Positions 16,100 through 28,817 of a DNA stretch of 64,000 nucleotides are shown one piece after another. The translations under genes and the position numbers were made by a program. The stretch comes from Pristiophorus japonicus (Eukaryota). Within the stretch, counting starts at the first letter, position 1. Each line of letters starts with the position of its first letter. The stretch lies in NCBI RefSeq assembly GCF_044704955.1, contig NC_091985.1, positions 203,732,001-203,796,000 of the forward strand, in the 5' to 3' direction. The notes under the pieces were generated by a model that searched no databases, had not been told where the DNA came from, and saw nothing but the letters and a program-made list of their open reading frames with translations.

Positions 16100-16392
16100 A
16101 ATATTTAATAATTCCCATATTCCTACAGCGACTACACTCCAAAAGTACTTCATTGGTCTTGTTCATTGGATGTGTTCGGGAGGGAGTTGGATGTGGTCCT
16201 TGCGGCTGAGGGGGGGCGGGGGTCGGGGAGTGGAGGTGCTGAAGTGGGTGATCAGCTGTGATCTTGTTGAATGGCGGTGCAGGCTCGAAGGGCCGAATGG
16301 CCTATTCTACTCCTGCACATATTTTCTGTTTCTATGTCTTGAGACGTTCGGTGGTCGTGAAAGGCGCTATATAAATCCAAACCTTTCTTTCC
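16100..16392 (+). mobile_element. SINE/L2-type tail with a nested CR1 3' tail
   Basis: GTGAAAGGCGCTATATAAAT-type L2 tail at ~16357-16392 and a GGCTCGAAGGGCCGAATGGCCT CR1 tail at ~16225-16337. Confidence 0.6.
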
Positions 16393-16529
16393 ATTAATTA
16401 AACAGCCGAAACCATTTCCCAACCCTACTGTCCGCGTTCCGATCCCCAGGTCGCTGCTCTCTCTGTGAACCGGTGGGTGGCTCTTAGAAGAGCCTTTGTG
16501 TTGTGATTGGGGGAAAAGGGTCGAGTTAT

Positions 16530-16853
<324 letters not shown>

Positions 16854-17647
16854 TCACTCAAACAGCTGCTGAATGAGAAGTGAACTGCTGCCGGCTCCTT
16901 TTTATAGAGCCGGAGCCGACCTGACTGAGAAAGCGCAGAGTGAGAGAGGCGGGAAGGGGAGGAGACAGTCAAGATTGACAGACAGAGCAGTGAGCGGCCT
17001 CTGATCTTCCAGCTCCGCCTCCAGCTTTCTGCAGCCGCCAATTTCAAACCGTTTTCCGACAATAGAACCGAAACAGACTCGGAATTTATATTCAAAGCTT
17101 CCAGGAACCAGAAGCTTTTAAATAAGGTCCCGTTACAATTAACAATCGCGAATATTCCCGCCTATATACAGCCCTTTCCCTGTCAATCTCAGATCTTGTT
17201 CCATCTCCCCACACTTTCTCTCACAGACGGGTTCAGCAATTTACAAACACCTTATTCCAGCTGATTTGGAGAATGTGGTGTTTGGGGTTTGAGTTGTGAG
17301 GCGGGGTATCTCCGCCAGTATCACCGTCTCACAGACTCTCTCCCTGAAAATGACAATGAGCAGGAACTGAGACTGGAGCTGAACACATCCCCAGTTACAG
17401 TGAGGTCCGGGCCGGACATCCCGTTCTCAATGTGTGTTTTATTGCAGACACTGGGGGAGGGGTGAGTGCAGCCAATGTCAGCGAGTCACCAGGGATCCTG
17501 GCTTCATGTTCAATGATTTCTGTCTGAAATCTGAGCCCGGCCCCGGGACAGGGATCATTTGATTCGGGGATCAACTTTTTTCTGAGAGATGTGGGTGGCT
17601 CTGAGAAGAGCCTTTGGGTTCAGATGTTTACAAGTTGCACTTTTTAT

Positions 17648-18346
17648 TTACTTTTTGAGCGCTGCTTTCTTGGGTTTTGCTGATTTGGCCTTGGCCCTCG
17701 GTTTTTCCACCTTTTTGGCCACCTTCACCTTTGCGCCCGAGGCCTTCTTGGGGCTCTTGGGCGTCGCCGCTGTCGCCTTCTTCCCAGCCGCAGCTTTCGC
17801 TGTCTTTTTTACTGTTGGCGCCTTCTTGGTGCTCGTTTTCTTGGCCGGAGAGTTCTTGGCTGCTGGTTTCTTGGCCGGAGATTTCTTGGCTGCTGGTTTC
17901 TTGGCCGGAGATTTCTTGGCTGCTGGTTTCTTGGTCGGAGATTTCTTGGCTACTGGTTTTTTGCCTGGAGATTTCTTGGCTGCTGGTTTCTTCACCTTCG
18001 TTCCCACTTTCCCCTGGTTTTCCTTCTTAGCGACTCTGAAGGAACCCGAGGCGCCCGTGCCCTTGGTCTGCACCAGGAAGCCATTTGTCACATTCCTCTT
18101 GATACTGAACCTGATCTGGGACCCGCGCTTCTCCACATTCACGCCTTTGGCCGCCAGAGCCTTCTTTATCGCGGACAGGGACATCCCCTTGCGATCGCCG
18201 CCATCGGCCACAACCTTGAGGATCTGTTCGCCCAACGTGGGACCGGCTGGCTTGGAGCGGGGAGCTGGCTTCTTCTTCTTGCTGAGAGCCTTGGTTTGAG
18301 CGGCGGCGGCAGGAGGAGCCGTTTCGGCGGCTGCACTGTCAGTCAT
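17648..18346 (-). CDS. H1: Replication-dependent linker histone H1 (232 aa)
   Basis: Winged-helix core ending [13 protein letters not shown] and a Lys/Ala/Pro tail with 5 x 30-bp [10 protein letters not shown]-type repeats (17841-17990). Stem-loop 17597-17612. Confidence 0.95.
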   Translation of the reverse strand: MTDSAAAETAPPAAAAQTKALSKKKKPAPRSKPAGPTLGEQILKVVADGGDRKGMSLSAIKKALAAKGVNVEKRGSQIRFSIKRNVTNGFLVQTKGTGASGSFRVAKKENQGKVGTKVKKPAAKKSPGKKPVAKKSPTKKPAAKKSPAKKPAAKKSPAKKPAAKNSPAKKTSTKKAPTVKKTAKAAAGKKATAATPKSPKKASGAKVKVAKKVEKPRAKAKSAKPKKAALKK

Positions 18347-18424
18347 GTCCGCGACTCTGTGGAAAATCTCTCTGACAGTCAGAGCTCGGTCAGAAATGAA
18401 ACGGGAGGCGGCGGCACAGAGCAA

Positions 18425-18497
18425 CTTAAAGGCAGCGAGCGGACGGGGCGGAGACATCCTGCTGTCAGCTCCCCGCCCCTCCAGCCTCTCTGTGTTT
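18425..18497 (-). promoter_or_regulatory. H1 promoter: H1-box AAACACA, GC boxes, weak TATA-like TTTAAG
   Basis: TGTGTTT at 18491-18497 is AAACACA on the minus strand. GGGCGG ~18447, CCCCGCCCC ~18471. Confidence 0.7.
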
Positions 18498-19299
18498 CTC
18501 TCTCCTCATTAACTGTCCGATTCCAATTCAACCCGGGCCCTCCAGATTCCCAGACTGGCCTCTTTCTGTCCCGAAGACCGGGATGTTTGTTGTCGAGAAA
18601 GCTTCCTCCGAATTGAAGGCAGCAATTTAGATTTAAACCCGTTTCATTGCTGCACTGATCGCGCTCTCTCACCCGATTGCGGACATTTTCTTCGTTTTTC
18701 GATTGAAATTTGAAATCACATCAAACTTAACGTTTAATTCCCACTTTAGCCCTGAGCAGGGCAGCAGGGCGATCCTGTGACAGGAAAATCTTTGAATTTT
18801 ATACAAGAGGGACTCTGGAATCCGGCGATGAGACGGATACACAAACACAGTGACATTAGTCTCACCGGCCCGCCCCTTTAACACACTCTCGCTCACACAA
18901 TGTTCACATCTGCACATTCACAGCACAAACTATCCCAGATTTACAGCTCCCAGCACAGGGTTACCTCTCCGCTCGGCCTGTGCTGCCGATTCTCGGGGTT
19001 TTTTAAGTTTCCCAGCTCAGTAAGTGTTAAACACTCTGAGGTCGGCGCTCCTCAGTGTCTGTTCCCCAGATTCAGGGGCAGGAGCCAATCACAGCTGTGG
19101 CTGGCTTAACCTATATATGCTGTTAAGTTGTTACATTGTTCGTACGCAGAAATATGTTTGATTAACGTGAAAATAGAAATTATGAGTTCACCGCCCATCC
19201 ACCCTCTCTTTGTCTGTCTCTATCCTCCGAAAATGAGGGACATATCACAGTAACTGGTGAACTATCCATACCATGCTCACCACCCAGAGATGGCTATCA

Positions 19300-19520
19300 G
19301 AGGGAGCGACAGAGAGACAGACACAGAATCAGTCTTAAACTCCCTAACTGTGTCTCCATATTACGCTCAATAATAGTATCACACATTCATGTACAGCACC
19401 ACCGAAAGAGAGGGAAAGAGACACATTATTAGTCTTACACTTGGTATCAGTGTCTCCATATTACGCTCAGTAACAGTGCCACACCGTCATGTATAGCAAC
19501 AGAGAGAGAAACAGAAACAG
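19300..19520. repeat. ~100-bp tandem duplication, ~2 copies
   Basis: AGTCTTAAAC at 19331 and AGTCTTACAC at 19431. GTGTCTCCATATTACGCTCA occurs twice. Confidence 0.75.
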
Positions 19521-19652
19521 TATCATAGAAAATAGGTGCAGGAGTAGGCCATTCGGCCCTTCAAGCCTGCACCACCATTCAATATGATCATAGCTGATCA
19601 TGCAACTTCAGTACCCCATTCCTGCTTTCTCTCCATACCCCTTGATCCCTTT

Positions 19653-22600
19653 CATAGAAACATAGAAAATAGGTGCACGAGTAGGCCATTCGGCCCTTCT
19701 AGCCTGCACAGCCATTCAATGAGTTCATGGCTGAACATGCAACTTCAGTACCCCATTCCTGCTTTCTCGCCATACCCCTTGATCCCCCTAGTAGTAAGGA
19801 CTACATCTAACTCCTTTTTGAATATATTTAGTGAATTGGCCTCAACAACTTTCTGTGGTAGAGAATTCCACAGGTTCACCACTCTCTGGGTGAAGAAGTT
19901 TCTCCTCATCTCGGTCCTAAATGACTTACAACTTATCCTTAGACTGTGACCCCTAGTTCTGGACTTCCCCAACATTGGGAACATTCTTCCTGCATCTAAC
20001 CTGTCTAAACCCATCAGAATTTTAAACGTTTCTATGAGGTCCCCTCTCATTCTTCTGAACTCCAGTGAATACAAGCCCAGTTGATCCAGTCTTTCTTGAT
20101 AGGTCAGTCCCGCCATCCCGGGAATCAGTCTGGTGAACCTTCGCTGCACTCCCTCAATAGCAAGAATGTCCTTCCTCAGGTTAGGAGACCAAAACTGTAC
20201 ACAATACTCCAGGTGTGGCCTCACCAAGGCCCTGTACAACTGTAGCAACACCTCCCTGTCCCTGTACTCAAATCCCCTCGCTATGAAGGCCAACATGCCA
20301 TTTGCTTTCTTAACCGCCTGCTGTACCTGCATGCCAACCTTCAATGACTGGTGTACCATGACACCCAGGTCTCATTGCACCTCTCCTTTTCCTAATCTGT
20401 CACCATTCAGATAATAGTCTGTCTCTCTGTTTTTACCACACATTTATCCACATTATACTTCATCTGCCATGCATTTGCCCACTCACCTAACCTATCCAAG
20501 TCGCTCTGCAGCCTCATAGCATCCTCCTCACAGCTCACACTGCCACCCAACTTAGTGTCATCCGCAAATTTGGAGATACTACATTTAATCCCCTTGTCCA
20601 AATAATTAATGTACAATGTAAATAGCTGGGGCCCCAGCACAGAACCCCACTAGTCGCCGCCTGCCATTCTGAAAAGTACCCATTTACTCCTACTCTTTGC
20701 TTCCTGTCTATCAACCAGTTCTCAATCCATGTCAGCACACTACCCCCAATCCCATATGCTTTAACTTTGCACATTAATCTCTTGTGTGAGACCTTGTCGA
20801 AAGCCTTATGAAAGTCCAAATATACCACATCAACTGGTTATCCCTTGTCCACTCTACTGGAAACATCCTCAAAAAATTCCAGAAGATTTGTCAAGCATGA
20901 TTTCCCTTTCACAAATCCATGCTGACTTGGACCTATCATGTCACCTCTTTCCAGATGCACTGCTATGACATCCTTAATAATTGATTCCATCATTTTACCC
21001 ACTACCGATGTAAGGCTGACCGGTCTATAATTCCCTGTTTTCTCTCTCCCTCTTTTTTTAAAAAGTGGGGTTACATTGGCTACCCTCCACTCGATAGAAA
21101 CTGATCCAGAGTCAATGGAATGTTGGAAAATGACTGTCAATGCATCCGCTATTTCCAAGGCCACCTCCTTAAGTACTCTGGGATGCAGTCCATCAGGCCC
21201 TGGGGATTTATCGGCCTTCAATCCCATCAATTTCCCCAACACAATTTCCCGACTAATAAGGATTTCCCTCAGTTCCTCCTCCTTACTAGACCCTCTGACC
21301 ACTTTTATATCTGGAAGGTTGCTGGTGTCCTCCTTAGAGAATACTGAACCAAAGTACTTGTTCAATTGGTCTGCAACCCCTTAAGTATCATTCGCCAATC
21401 TATCCTAGCCAATTCACGCCTCATACCTTCAAAGTTACCCTTCTTTAAGTTCTGGACCATGGTCTCTGAATTAACTGTTTCATTCTCCACCCTAATGCAG
21501 AATTCCACCATATTATGGTCACTCTTCCCCAAGGGGCCTCGCACAACGAGATTGCTAATTAATCCTCTCTCATTACACAACACCCAGTCTAAGATGGCCT
21601 CCCCTCTAGTTGGTTCCTCGACATATTGGTCTAGAAAACCATCCCTTATGCACTCCAGGAAATCCTCCTCCACCGTATTGCTTCCAATTTGGTTAGCCCA
21701 ATCTATGTGCATATTAAAGTCACCCATTATAACTGCTGAACCCTTATTGCATGCACCCCTAGTTTCCTGTTTGATGCCCTCCCCAACATCACTACAACTG
21801 TTTGGAGGTCTGTACACAACTCCCACTAACGTTTTTTGCCCTTTGGTGTTCTGCAGCTCTACCCATATAGATTCCACATCATCCAAGCTAATGTCCTTCC
21901 TAACTATTGCATTAATCTCCTCTTTAACCAGCAATGCTACCCCACCTCCTTTTCCTTTTATTCTATCCTTCCTGAATGTTGAGTACCCCTGGATGTTGAG
22001 TTCCCAGCCTTGATCATCCTGGAGCCATGTCTCCGTAATCCCAATCACATCATATTTGTTAACATCTATTTGCACAGTTAATTCATCCACCTTATTGCGG
22101 ATACTCCTTGCATTAAGACACAAAGCCTTCAGGCTTGTTTTTTTAACACCCTTTGTCCTTTTAGAATTTTGCTGTGCAGTGGCCCTTTTTGTTCTTTGCC
22201 TTGGGTTTCTCTGCCCTCCACGTGTACTCATCTCCTTTCTGTCTTTTGCTTTTGTCTCCTTTTTGTTTCCCTCTGTCTCCCTGCATTGGTTCCCATCCCC
22301 CTGCCATATTAGTTGAACTCCTCCCCAACAGCACTAGCAAACACTCCCCCTAGGACATTGGTTCCGGTCCTGCCCAGGTGCAGACCGTCCGGTTTGTACT
22401 GGTCCCACCTCCCCCAGAACCGGTTCCAATGCCCCAGGAATTTGAATCCCTCCCTGCTGCACCACTGCTGAAGCCACGTATTCATCTGTGCTATCCTGCG
22501 ATTCCTACTCTGACTAGCACGTGGCACTGGTAGCAATCCCGAGATTACTACTTTTGAGGTCCTACTTTTTAATTTAGCTCCTAGCTCCTTAAATTCGTTT

Positions 22601-23791
22601 TGTAGGACCTCATCCCTTTTTTTTATCTATGTCGTTGGTACTAATGTGCACCACGACAACTGGCTGTTCTCCCTCCCTTTTTAGAATGTCCTGCATCCGT
22701 TCCGAGACATCCTTGACCCTTGCACCAGGGAGGCAACATACCATCCTGGAGTCTCGGTTGCGGCCGCAGAAACGTCTATCTATTCCCCTTACAATTGAAT
22801 CCCCTATCACTATCGCTCTCCCACTCTTTTTCCTGCCCTCCTGTGCAACAGAGCCAGCCACAGTGCCATGAACTTGGCTGCTGCTGCCCTCCCCTGATGA
22901 GTCATCCCTCTCAACAGTACTCAAAGCAGTGTATCTGTTTTGCAGGGGGATGACCACAGGGGCCCCCTGCACTACCTTCCTTGCACTGCTCTTCCTGCTG
23001 GTCTTCCATTCCCTATATGACTGTGGACCCTTCACCTGTGGTACGACCAACTCGTTACACGTGCTACTCACGTCATTCTCAGCATCGTGGATGCTCCAGA
23101 GTGAATCCACCCTCAGCTCCAACTCCACAACGTGGTCTGTCAGGAGCTTGAGCTGGACACACTTCCTGCAGATATAGTCGTCACGGACACTGGTGTCGTC
23201 CCTGAGTTCCCACATGGTACAGGAGGAGCATAACATGTGACCGAGCTGTCCTGCCATGACTTAACCCTTAGATAGGCAACAACAATGCTAAAGTTTACTC
23301 ACTGTTTTTGAAGAGAAAAAAGAAAAACGAAAAACTACTCACCAATCACCAGCCAATCACTTACCCCCTTGGCTGTGATGTCACCTTTCTGTTTCTTTCT
23401 ACTTCTTTTTTGCCTTCTCCCTGTAGCTGCACCGGCACGCCTCTCCCCGCACCTCTCGCGGACTCTGGGCCCCGGACTCCCTGCTGTGCCTTTTATCGGC
23501 CTCTCACCGAAGTCCCGACTGCCTCTCCATGCACCTCTCGCGGACTCTGGGCCCCGGACTCCCTGCTGTGCCTTTTATAGGCCTCTCACCGAAGTCCCGA
23601 CTGCCTCTCCATGCACCTCTCGCGGACTCTGGGCCCCGGACTCCCTGCTGTGCCTTTTATAGGCCTCTCACCGAAGTCCCGACTGCCTCTCCACATCCCT
23701 CTCGCCGACTCTGGGCCCTGGACTCCCTGCTGTGCCTTTTATAGGCCTCACACCGAAGTCCCGACTGTCTCTCCACGCACCTCTCGCCGAC
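19653..23791 (-). mobile_element. Essentially full-length CR1 LINE: ORF1 (Cys-rich finger, zipper, SGNH esterase) + ORF2 (APE + RT), inactivated by indels
   Basis: ORF1 23257-22309 (CSSCTMW..YICRKC, IVIGDSIVRG, PDGLHL). ORF2 22231-19745 with a ~0.4-kb internal deletion at ~21375 relative to the 2394 copy. (TTTCTATG)n tail. Confidence 0.95.
23449..23791 (-). promoter_or_regulatory. 82-bp tandem monomers (4.2 copies) at the CR1 5' end, each with a TATA box and initiator
   Basis: CCTTTTATAGG (minus: CCTATAAAAGG) at 23571, 23653 and 23735, with a variant at 23489. Period 82. Confidence 0.8.
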
Positions 23792-24914
23792 GCCATCAGG
23801 GCCATATCTAACTCCCTTTTGAATATATCTAACAAACTGGCCTCAACAACTTTCTGTGGTAGAAAATTCCACAGGTTAACAATTCTCTGAGTGAAGAAGT
23901 TTCTCCTCATCTCGGTCCTAAATGGCTTACCCCTTATCCTTAGACTGTGACCTCTGGTTCTGGACATCCCCAACATCGGGAACATTCTTCCTGCATCTAA
24001 CCTGTCCAATCCCGTCATAATTTTATATGTTTCTATGAGATTCCCTCTCATTCTTCTAAATTCCAGAGAATATAAGTCTATTCTATCCAGTCTTTCTTCA
24101 TATGTCAGTCCTGCCATCCCGGGAATCAGTCTGGTGAACCTTTTCTGCACTCTCTCAGTAGCAAGAATGTCCTTCCTCAGATTAGAAGACCAAAACTGAC
24201 ACAACATTCAAGGTGTGACCTCACCAAGGCCCTGTGCAACTGCAGTAAGACCTCCCTGCTCCTATTGTGTTGTACTCATAAGTGTTTCCACATCACGCGA
24301 AATAACAGAATCCCGCCTTCACAGACAGTACAAGAGAAAGGGGAAAGCGACAGAGAGAGAAAGAGTGGGCTGAGAGAGAGAGACAGGGGAGTGCGAGGCA
24401 GGACGGTGAGACACAGAAACGTGCACAGTATCAGTTCTAGACTGACCTGTGAGGTCCGGTTTTATCCTGAAAGATCCCATTGGAGGGACAGAAGATGCAG
24501 TCCCCTCTCTCACTGATATTGTACCACAGACAGACACATTATTCGTCCCACACTGCGGAACAGTGTCAGAGAGTGAGAGAAACAAGGTCCCACATTTAAC
24601 CCTCGCTTGCCTGTTGTACTCTCTGTAATCTTGCAGCTCAGGGCCGTTCGGTATTACTCTCAGTGACCGAATGTTTCACTCTGACTAAATTAAACTGGGA
24701 CAGTTTCTGTCAGATATTGACTCCTGCACAGTTCCAGCAAACACTCCTACTCTGCCGTCCCTCCGATGTTTCTGCAGGATTACTTTGTGAGGACAGCTCA
24801 CGAAGAGAAAAAAACCCTGCACGGAATGATCACAAATTGAGCATCTCAAAGGGGCAAGGCCCCCAGCTTTAAACATTCCCTGGCCTTGCCCCCCAGGCCC
24901 AGTTCCTTAGCTCA

Positions 24915-26050
24915 GATTCTGATAAAAGTAAATCGAGAAAAGTGCACTTTGCTTTTTGAAGGCTGAATTATTGCAGAGAGCTGCGCATGCGCGATTAAGC
25001 CCCGAACCTTGAGTCGATTTCCAGTGAGCAGAAGAGCGCATGCGCCTTCCCCTCCCCCAGCCCAGCCTGTGAGCGCCATTCAGTCAGTGAACGGAAGAAG
25101 ATGGTTTAAACAGCCGGGAATGGACACACCGCGGTCTCGGGGTAAGGCAGCGAGCAGCAGCCTCCTTACAGCAGCACATCGCTTTGGGAGCGTGTCCGCA
25201 GATGGGCTCAGAGATCGGCACTGAGTCCGGGGGAAGTTCAGGGGGAGTCGGGGTCTGTGTATAACAGGCGGAGTGGAGCAAGAACTGGTCTCAGTGCGTG
25301 GAGTGAGTGGGGGAAGGGAGAGACCATTCTCGGGCTGTGTGTGGACAGCGTGTGTCCCGGGTAAGGGAGACAGAATGGGAAGGATCTGCTGTTTACAATC
25401 ATTGCTGCTTTCTCCCTGCAAACCAGTAGTGAACGTTCCTGCTTTAGTTCCAGTCTCACTGTGTTTGTTGTCATTGGACAACGAGCGGTGGAAGCAGAGC
25501 CGGACACTGAGGATTTATACAAGGAGCATCTATTGCAGGCACCGGGTGAGAAATGTGAAGGACACGTTTTAAACAGCGGCTCTTTGTTTCTGGTTGAACG
25601 GTTAGTGCCCTGGGAGAGGGGGAGTAGCAATCTGAGCTGTGTAAAAGTTCGTGCTCCATCGGGTAGTCCCATTCCTGAAGCAGGGGTTGGGTTGTGTCTG
25701 GATGTCAGTAAATTGCTGTAAATCTGCCCAACACACTTGGTGTGCAGAAGCTCAGTACTGCAGTACTGCAGTGGAGTCAGACTCTGACACTGTTTGTATC
25801 GCTGGCTTCCCTTTGTGAATGTTCATAATGAATATTAATTGAACGATTACATTCATCACTTTAGTCTTTTCTACCTCTCCTGTTCTTGAATGATCAGAGG
25901 TACCTTATCCTCCTACAGGCAAGAAATTGAAGGAACCAGAACAAATGTGAAGTTTCCTCCACCTGAGACATAAGGAACAGTGCAACCAGCTCCTTCTCAC
26001 ACACAATAGGTACGGTACCTATCACACTGTGCGGGTATACAGACAGGTTA
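24915..26050 (+). repeat. Uncharacterised low-copy module, copy B, with NRF1-type promoter motifs
   Basis: GCGCATGCGC at 24983-24992 and 25036-25045, CpG-rich start, homology to copies A and C. Confidence 0.75.
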
Positions 26051-26069
26051 TCCGAATTAAACATGTTTG

Positions 26070-27880
26070 TGGTGCTGAATGGCCGCCTCCTATTCCTGTG
26101 TAACAGGCCCGAGGGGGCTGATAACCGTCTCCTGTTCCTAAATTAACAGACTGGAGATACTGAGTGGCCTTCTCGTGTTCCTAATGTTATAAACACGAGG
26201 GACTTATTGGCCTCCTCCTGTTCATAGGTACCACCTCTAGGGGCAGAATGACCTCCTCCTGTACCTATGTATCAGGCTAGAATGGGATGAATGGCCTCCT
26301 TTAGTTCTGATGTAACAGGTTCCAGGGGCTGAATAGCCTCCTCCAGTTCCTATGTAACAAGCTTGAGGGGCTGAATGGCCTCCTCCTGTTCCCATGAAAC
26401 AATCCCATGGGGATGATTGCCTTTGTCCTATTCCTAATGTAACAGACCCAAGGGGCAGAATTGCATCATCCTATTGCTTTTTAAATCCAGTTGCTGAATA
26501 GCCCTCTCCAGTTCCTAATATAATCGGCTCGAGGAGCTGAATGGCCCTCTCCAGTTCCTAATGTAATAGGCTCAAGGAGCTGAATGGCCCTCTCCAGTTC
26601 CTAATGTAATAGGCTCGAGGAGCTGAATGGCCCTCTCCAGTTCCTAATGTAATAGGCTGGAGCAACTGAATGACCCGCTCCAGTTCCTAATGTAATAGGC
26701 TCGAGGAGCTGAATGGCCCTCTCCAGTTCCTAACGTAATAGGTTCGAGGAGCTGAATGACCCCCTCCAGTTCCTAATGTAATAGGCTCGAGGAGCTGAAT
26801 GGCCCTCTCCAGTTCCTAACGTAATAGGCTCGAGGAGCTGAATGACCCCCTCCAGTTCCTAATGTAATAGGCTCGAGCAACTGAATGACCCGCTCCAGTT
26901 CCTAATGTAAAAAGCTCGAGGAGCTGAATGGCCCTCTCCAGTTCCTAACGTAATAGGCTCGAGGAGCTGAATGACCCCCTCCAGTTCCTAATGTAATAGG
27001 CTTGAGGAGCTGAATGGCTTTCTCCAGTTCCTAATATAATAAGCTCGAAGAGCTGAATGGCCTCCTCCTGCTCCTATATAACATGCAGGAGGGGCTGAAT
27101 GGCCTCCTCCAATTCCTCTAACAGGCTTGAGGGGATGAATGGTCACCTCCTGTTCCTGGTTAACAGTTCCGAGGGGTGGAATTGGCCTACTCCTATTCCT
27201 ATGTAACAGACCCGAGGGACTGAGTGGTCTTCTCCTGTTCCTAATGTAAGAAGCTCGAGGGGATGAAAAACGTCCTGCTGTTCCCATGTCACAGAATCAA
27301 AGGCTGAGTGGTTTGCTTGTGTTTCTAATGTTAGAGAGGCTGAATGGACTCTTCTTCTTCCCACATAACAGAATGGAAGGGCAGAATGGCATCCTCCTGA
27401 TCCAATGTAACAGGCTCAAGGGGAAGAATGGCCTCATCCTGTTCCTGTCTAACAACATTCGGTGCTGAACAGCCACCTCCTGTTCCTGTGTAATAAGTTA
27501 GATGGGATGAGTGGCCTCTTCCAGTTCCAATATAACATGTGTGACTGGCTTATTGGCCTCTTCCAGTTCCTATAACATTGTCGGTGGGCTGAATGGCCTC
27601 CTCCAGTTCCTACATAACACGCTTGAGGGTCTGAATGGCCTACCCCTGTTCCGATGTGAAAGGCTCCAGAGGATGGATGGCCGCCTCTATTCCTGTGTAA
27701 CAGTATCCAGTCGATGCATCGCCTCCACCAATTCCTTTATAGCAAGGCTGAGGTGCTGAATGCCCACCTCCTGTTACTTATGTAACAGGCTCGAGGGACT
27801 GAATGGCCTCCTCCTGTTCCTTATGTAACAGGCTCGAAGGGACTGAATGGCCTCCTCCTGTTCCTTATGTAACAGGCTCG
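26070..27880 (+). repeat. 42-43-bp satellite (~40 units) matching the CR1 3' terminus
   Basis: Core GGCTCGAGGAGCTGAATGGCCCTCTCCAGTTCCTAATGTAATA (period 43, 26526-27050) with diverged flanking units. Confidence 0.92.
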
Positions 27881-28399
27881 AAGGTATGATTTGCCTCCAG
27901 GTTCCATGTGCTGAAAGGCCTCCTCAAGTTCACAGATCCAGGGACTGTTCTTCCCCATTGTTTTGGAAATAGCATCGGGCAGTAAACAGGAGCTCACTGC
28001 TTCTTGCCCACCAGCTCTCTGATTGGGCTCCTTGTGCTGATTATGTTTTCTCATCTCGCTCAAATGTTGCTTTCTTTTCCATCACCTCTAGAGTTATTAG
28101 CCAAGTTTGTATCGAGCACATCGTGATCTCACCAGTAACAGCACTTTTCTGATGGTTATCCACGAGGCTGCTTCTGACATTTTCTTCTGCGTAAATGTTA
28201 GCCACCGTAAGTAACTGAAAAGCTTCATTTCTGCAGCAACAACAAACACTTGCATTTATGACAGATACAGAGTGAATCCCACACTCACTCACTGTACCAC
28301 AGACACATATGGTTTATATTATGTACTAATAGCTCGTCTCTACTCAAAATATTTCTGAATCGCATTCATCCAATATAATGAGAGAAAAAAAATCACAGA

Positions 28400-28712
28400 T
28401 ATAGGATAAAACACACTCTCACATACCAGAAGCTGACAGATACAGAATAAAACCAACGCACACATACCAGAAACTGACAGATACAGAATAAATCCCACTC
28501 AGATACTAGAAAATGACAGGTTCAGAATAAAACCCACACTCACATACCAGAAACTGACAGGTACAGAATAAAACCCACATTCACATCACAGAAACTGACC
28601 GGTACAGTATGAAACCCACATCCACGTATCTGAACAATAATATGCAAGTAAAACCCACATCCGCCTATTAGAAACTGACAGGGAAACACTCACACACCAG
28701 AGACTGACGGAA
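28400..28712. repeat. ~41-bp minisatellite, same family as 1005-1940
   Basis: ATACCAGAAACTGACAGGTACAGAATAAAACCCACACTCAC units. Confidence 0.88.
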
Positions 28713-28817
28713 CAAATAGAACAGGTTAGTCACTCTTACTCCAGTGTCAGGCTCACACAATTGTTTATTCAGTAATTCGGATGATAACTAACATGCTCTC
28801 AATGTGGTCCATTTAAT

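Larger units (their letters stand above)
19523..24262 (-). mobile_element. Older CR1 3' fragment split into 19523-19652 and 23792-24262 by a nested full-length CR1
   Basis: ...GATCCCTTT at 19652 continues as GCCATCAGGGCCATATCTAAC at 23792. RT C-terminal ORF 23668-24207. Confidence 0.85.
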
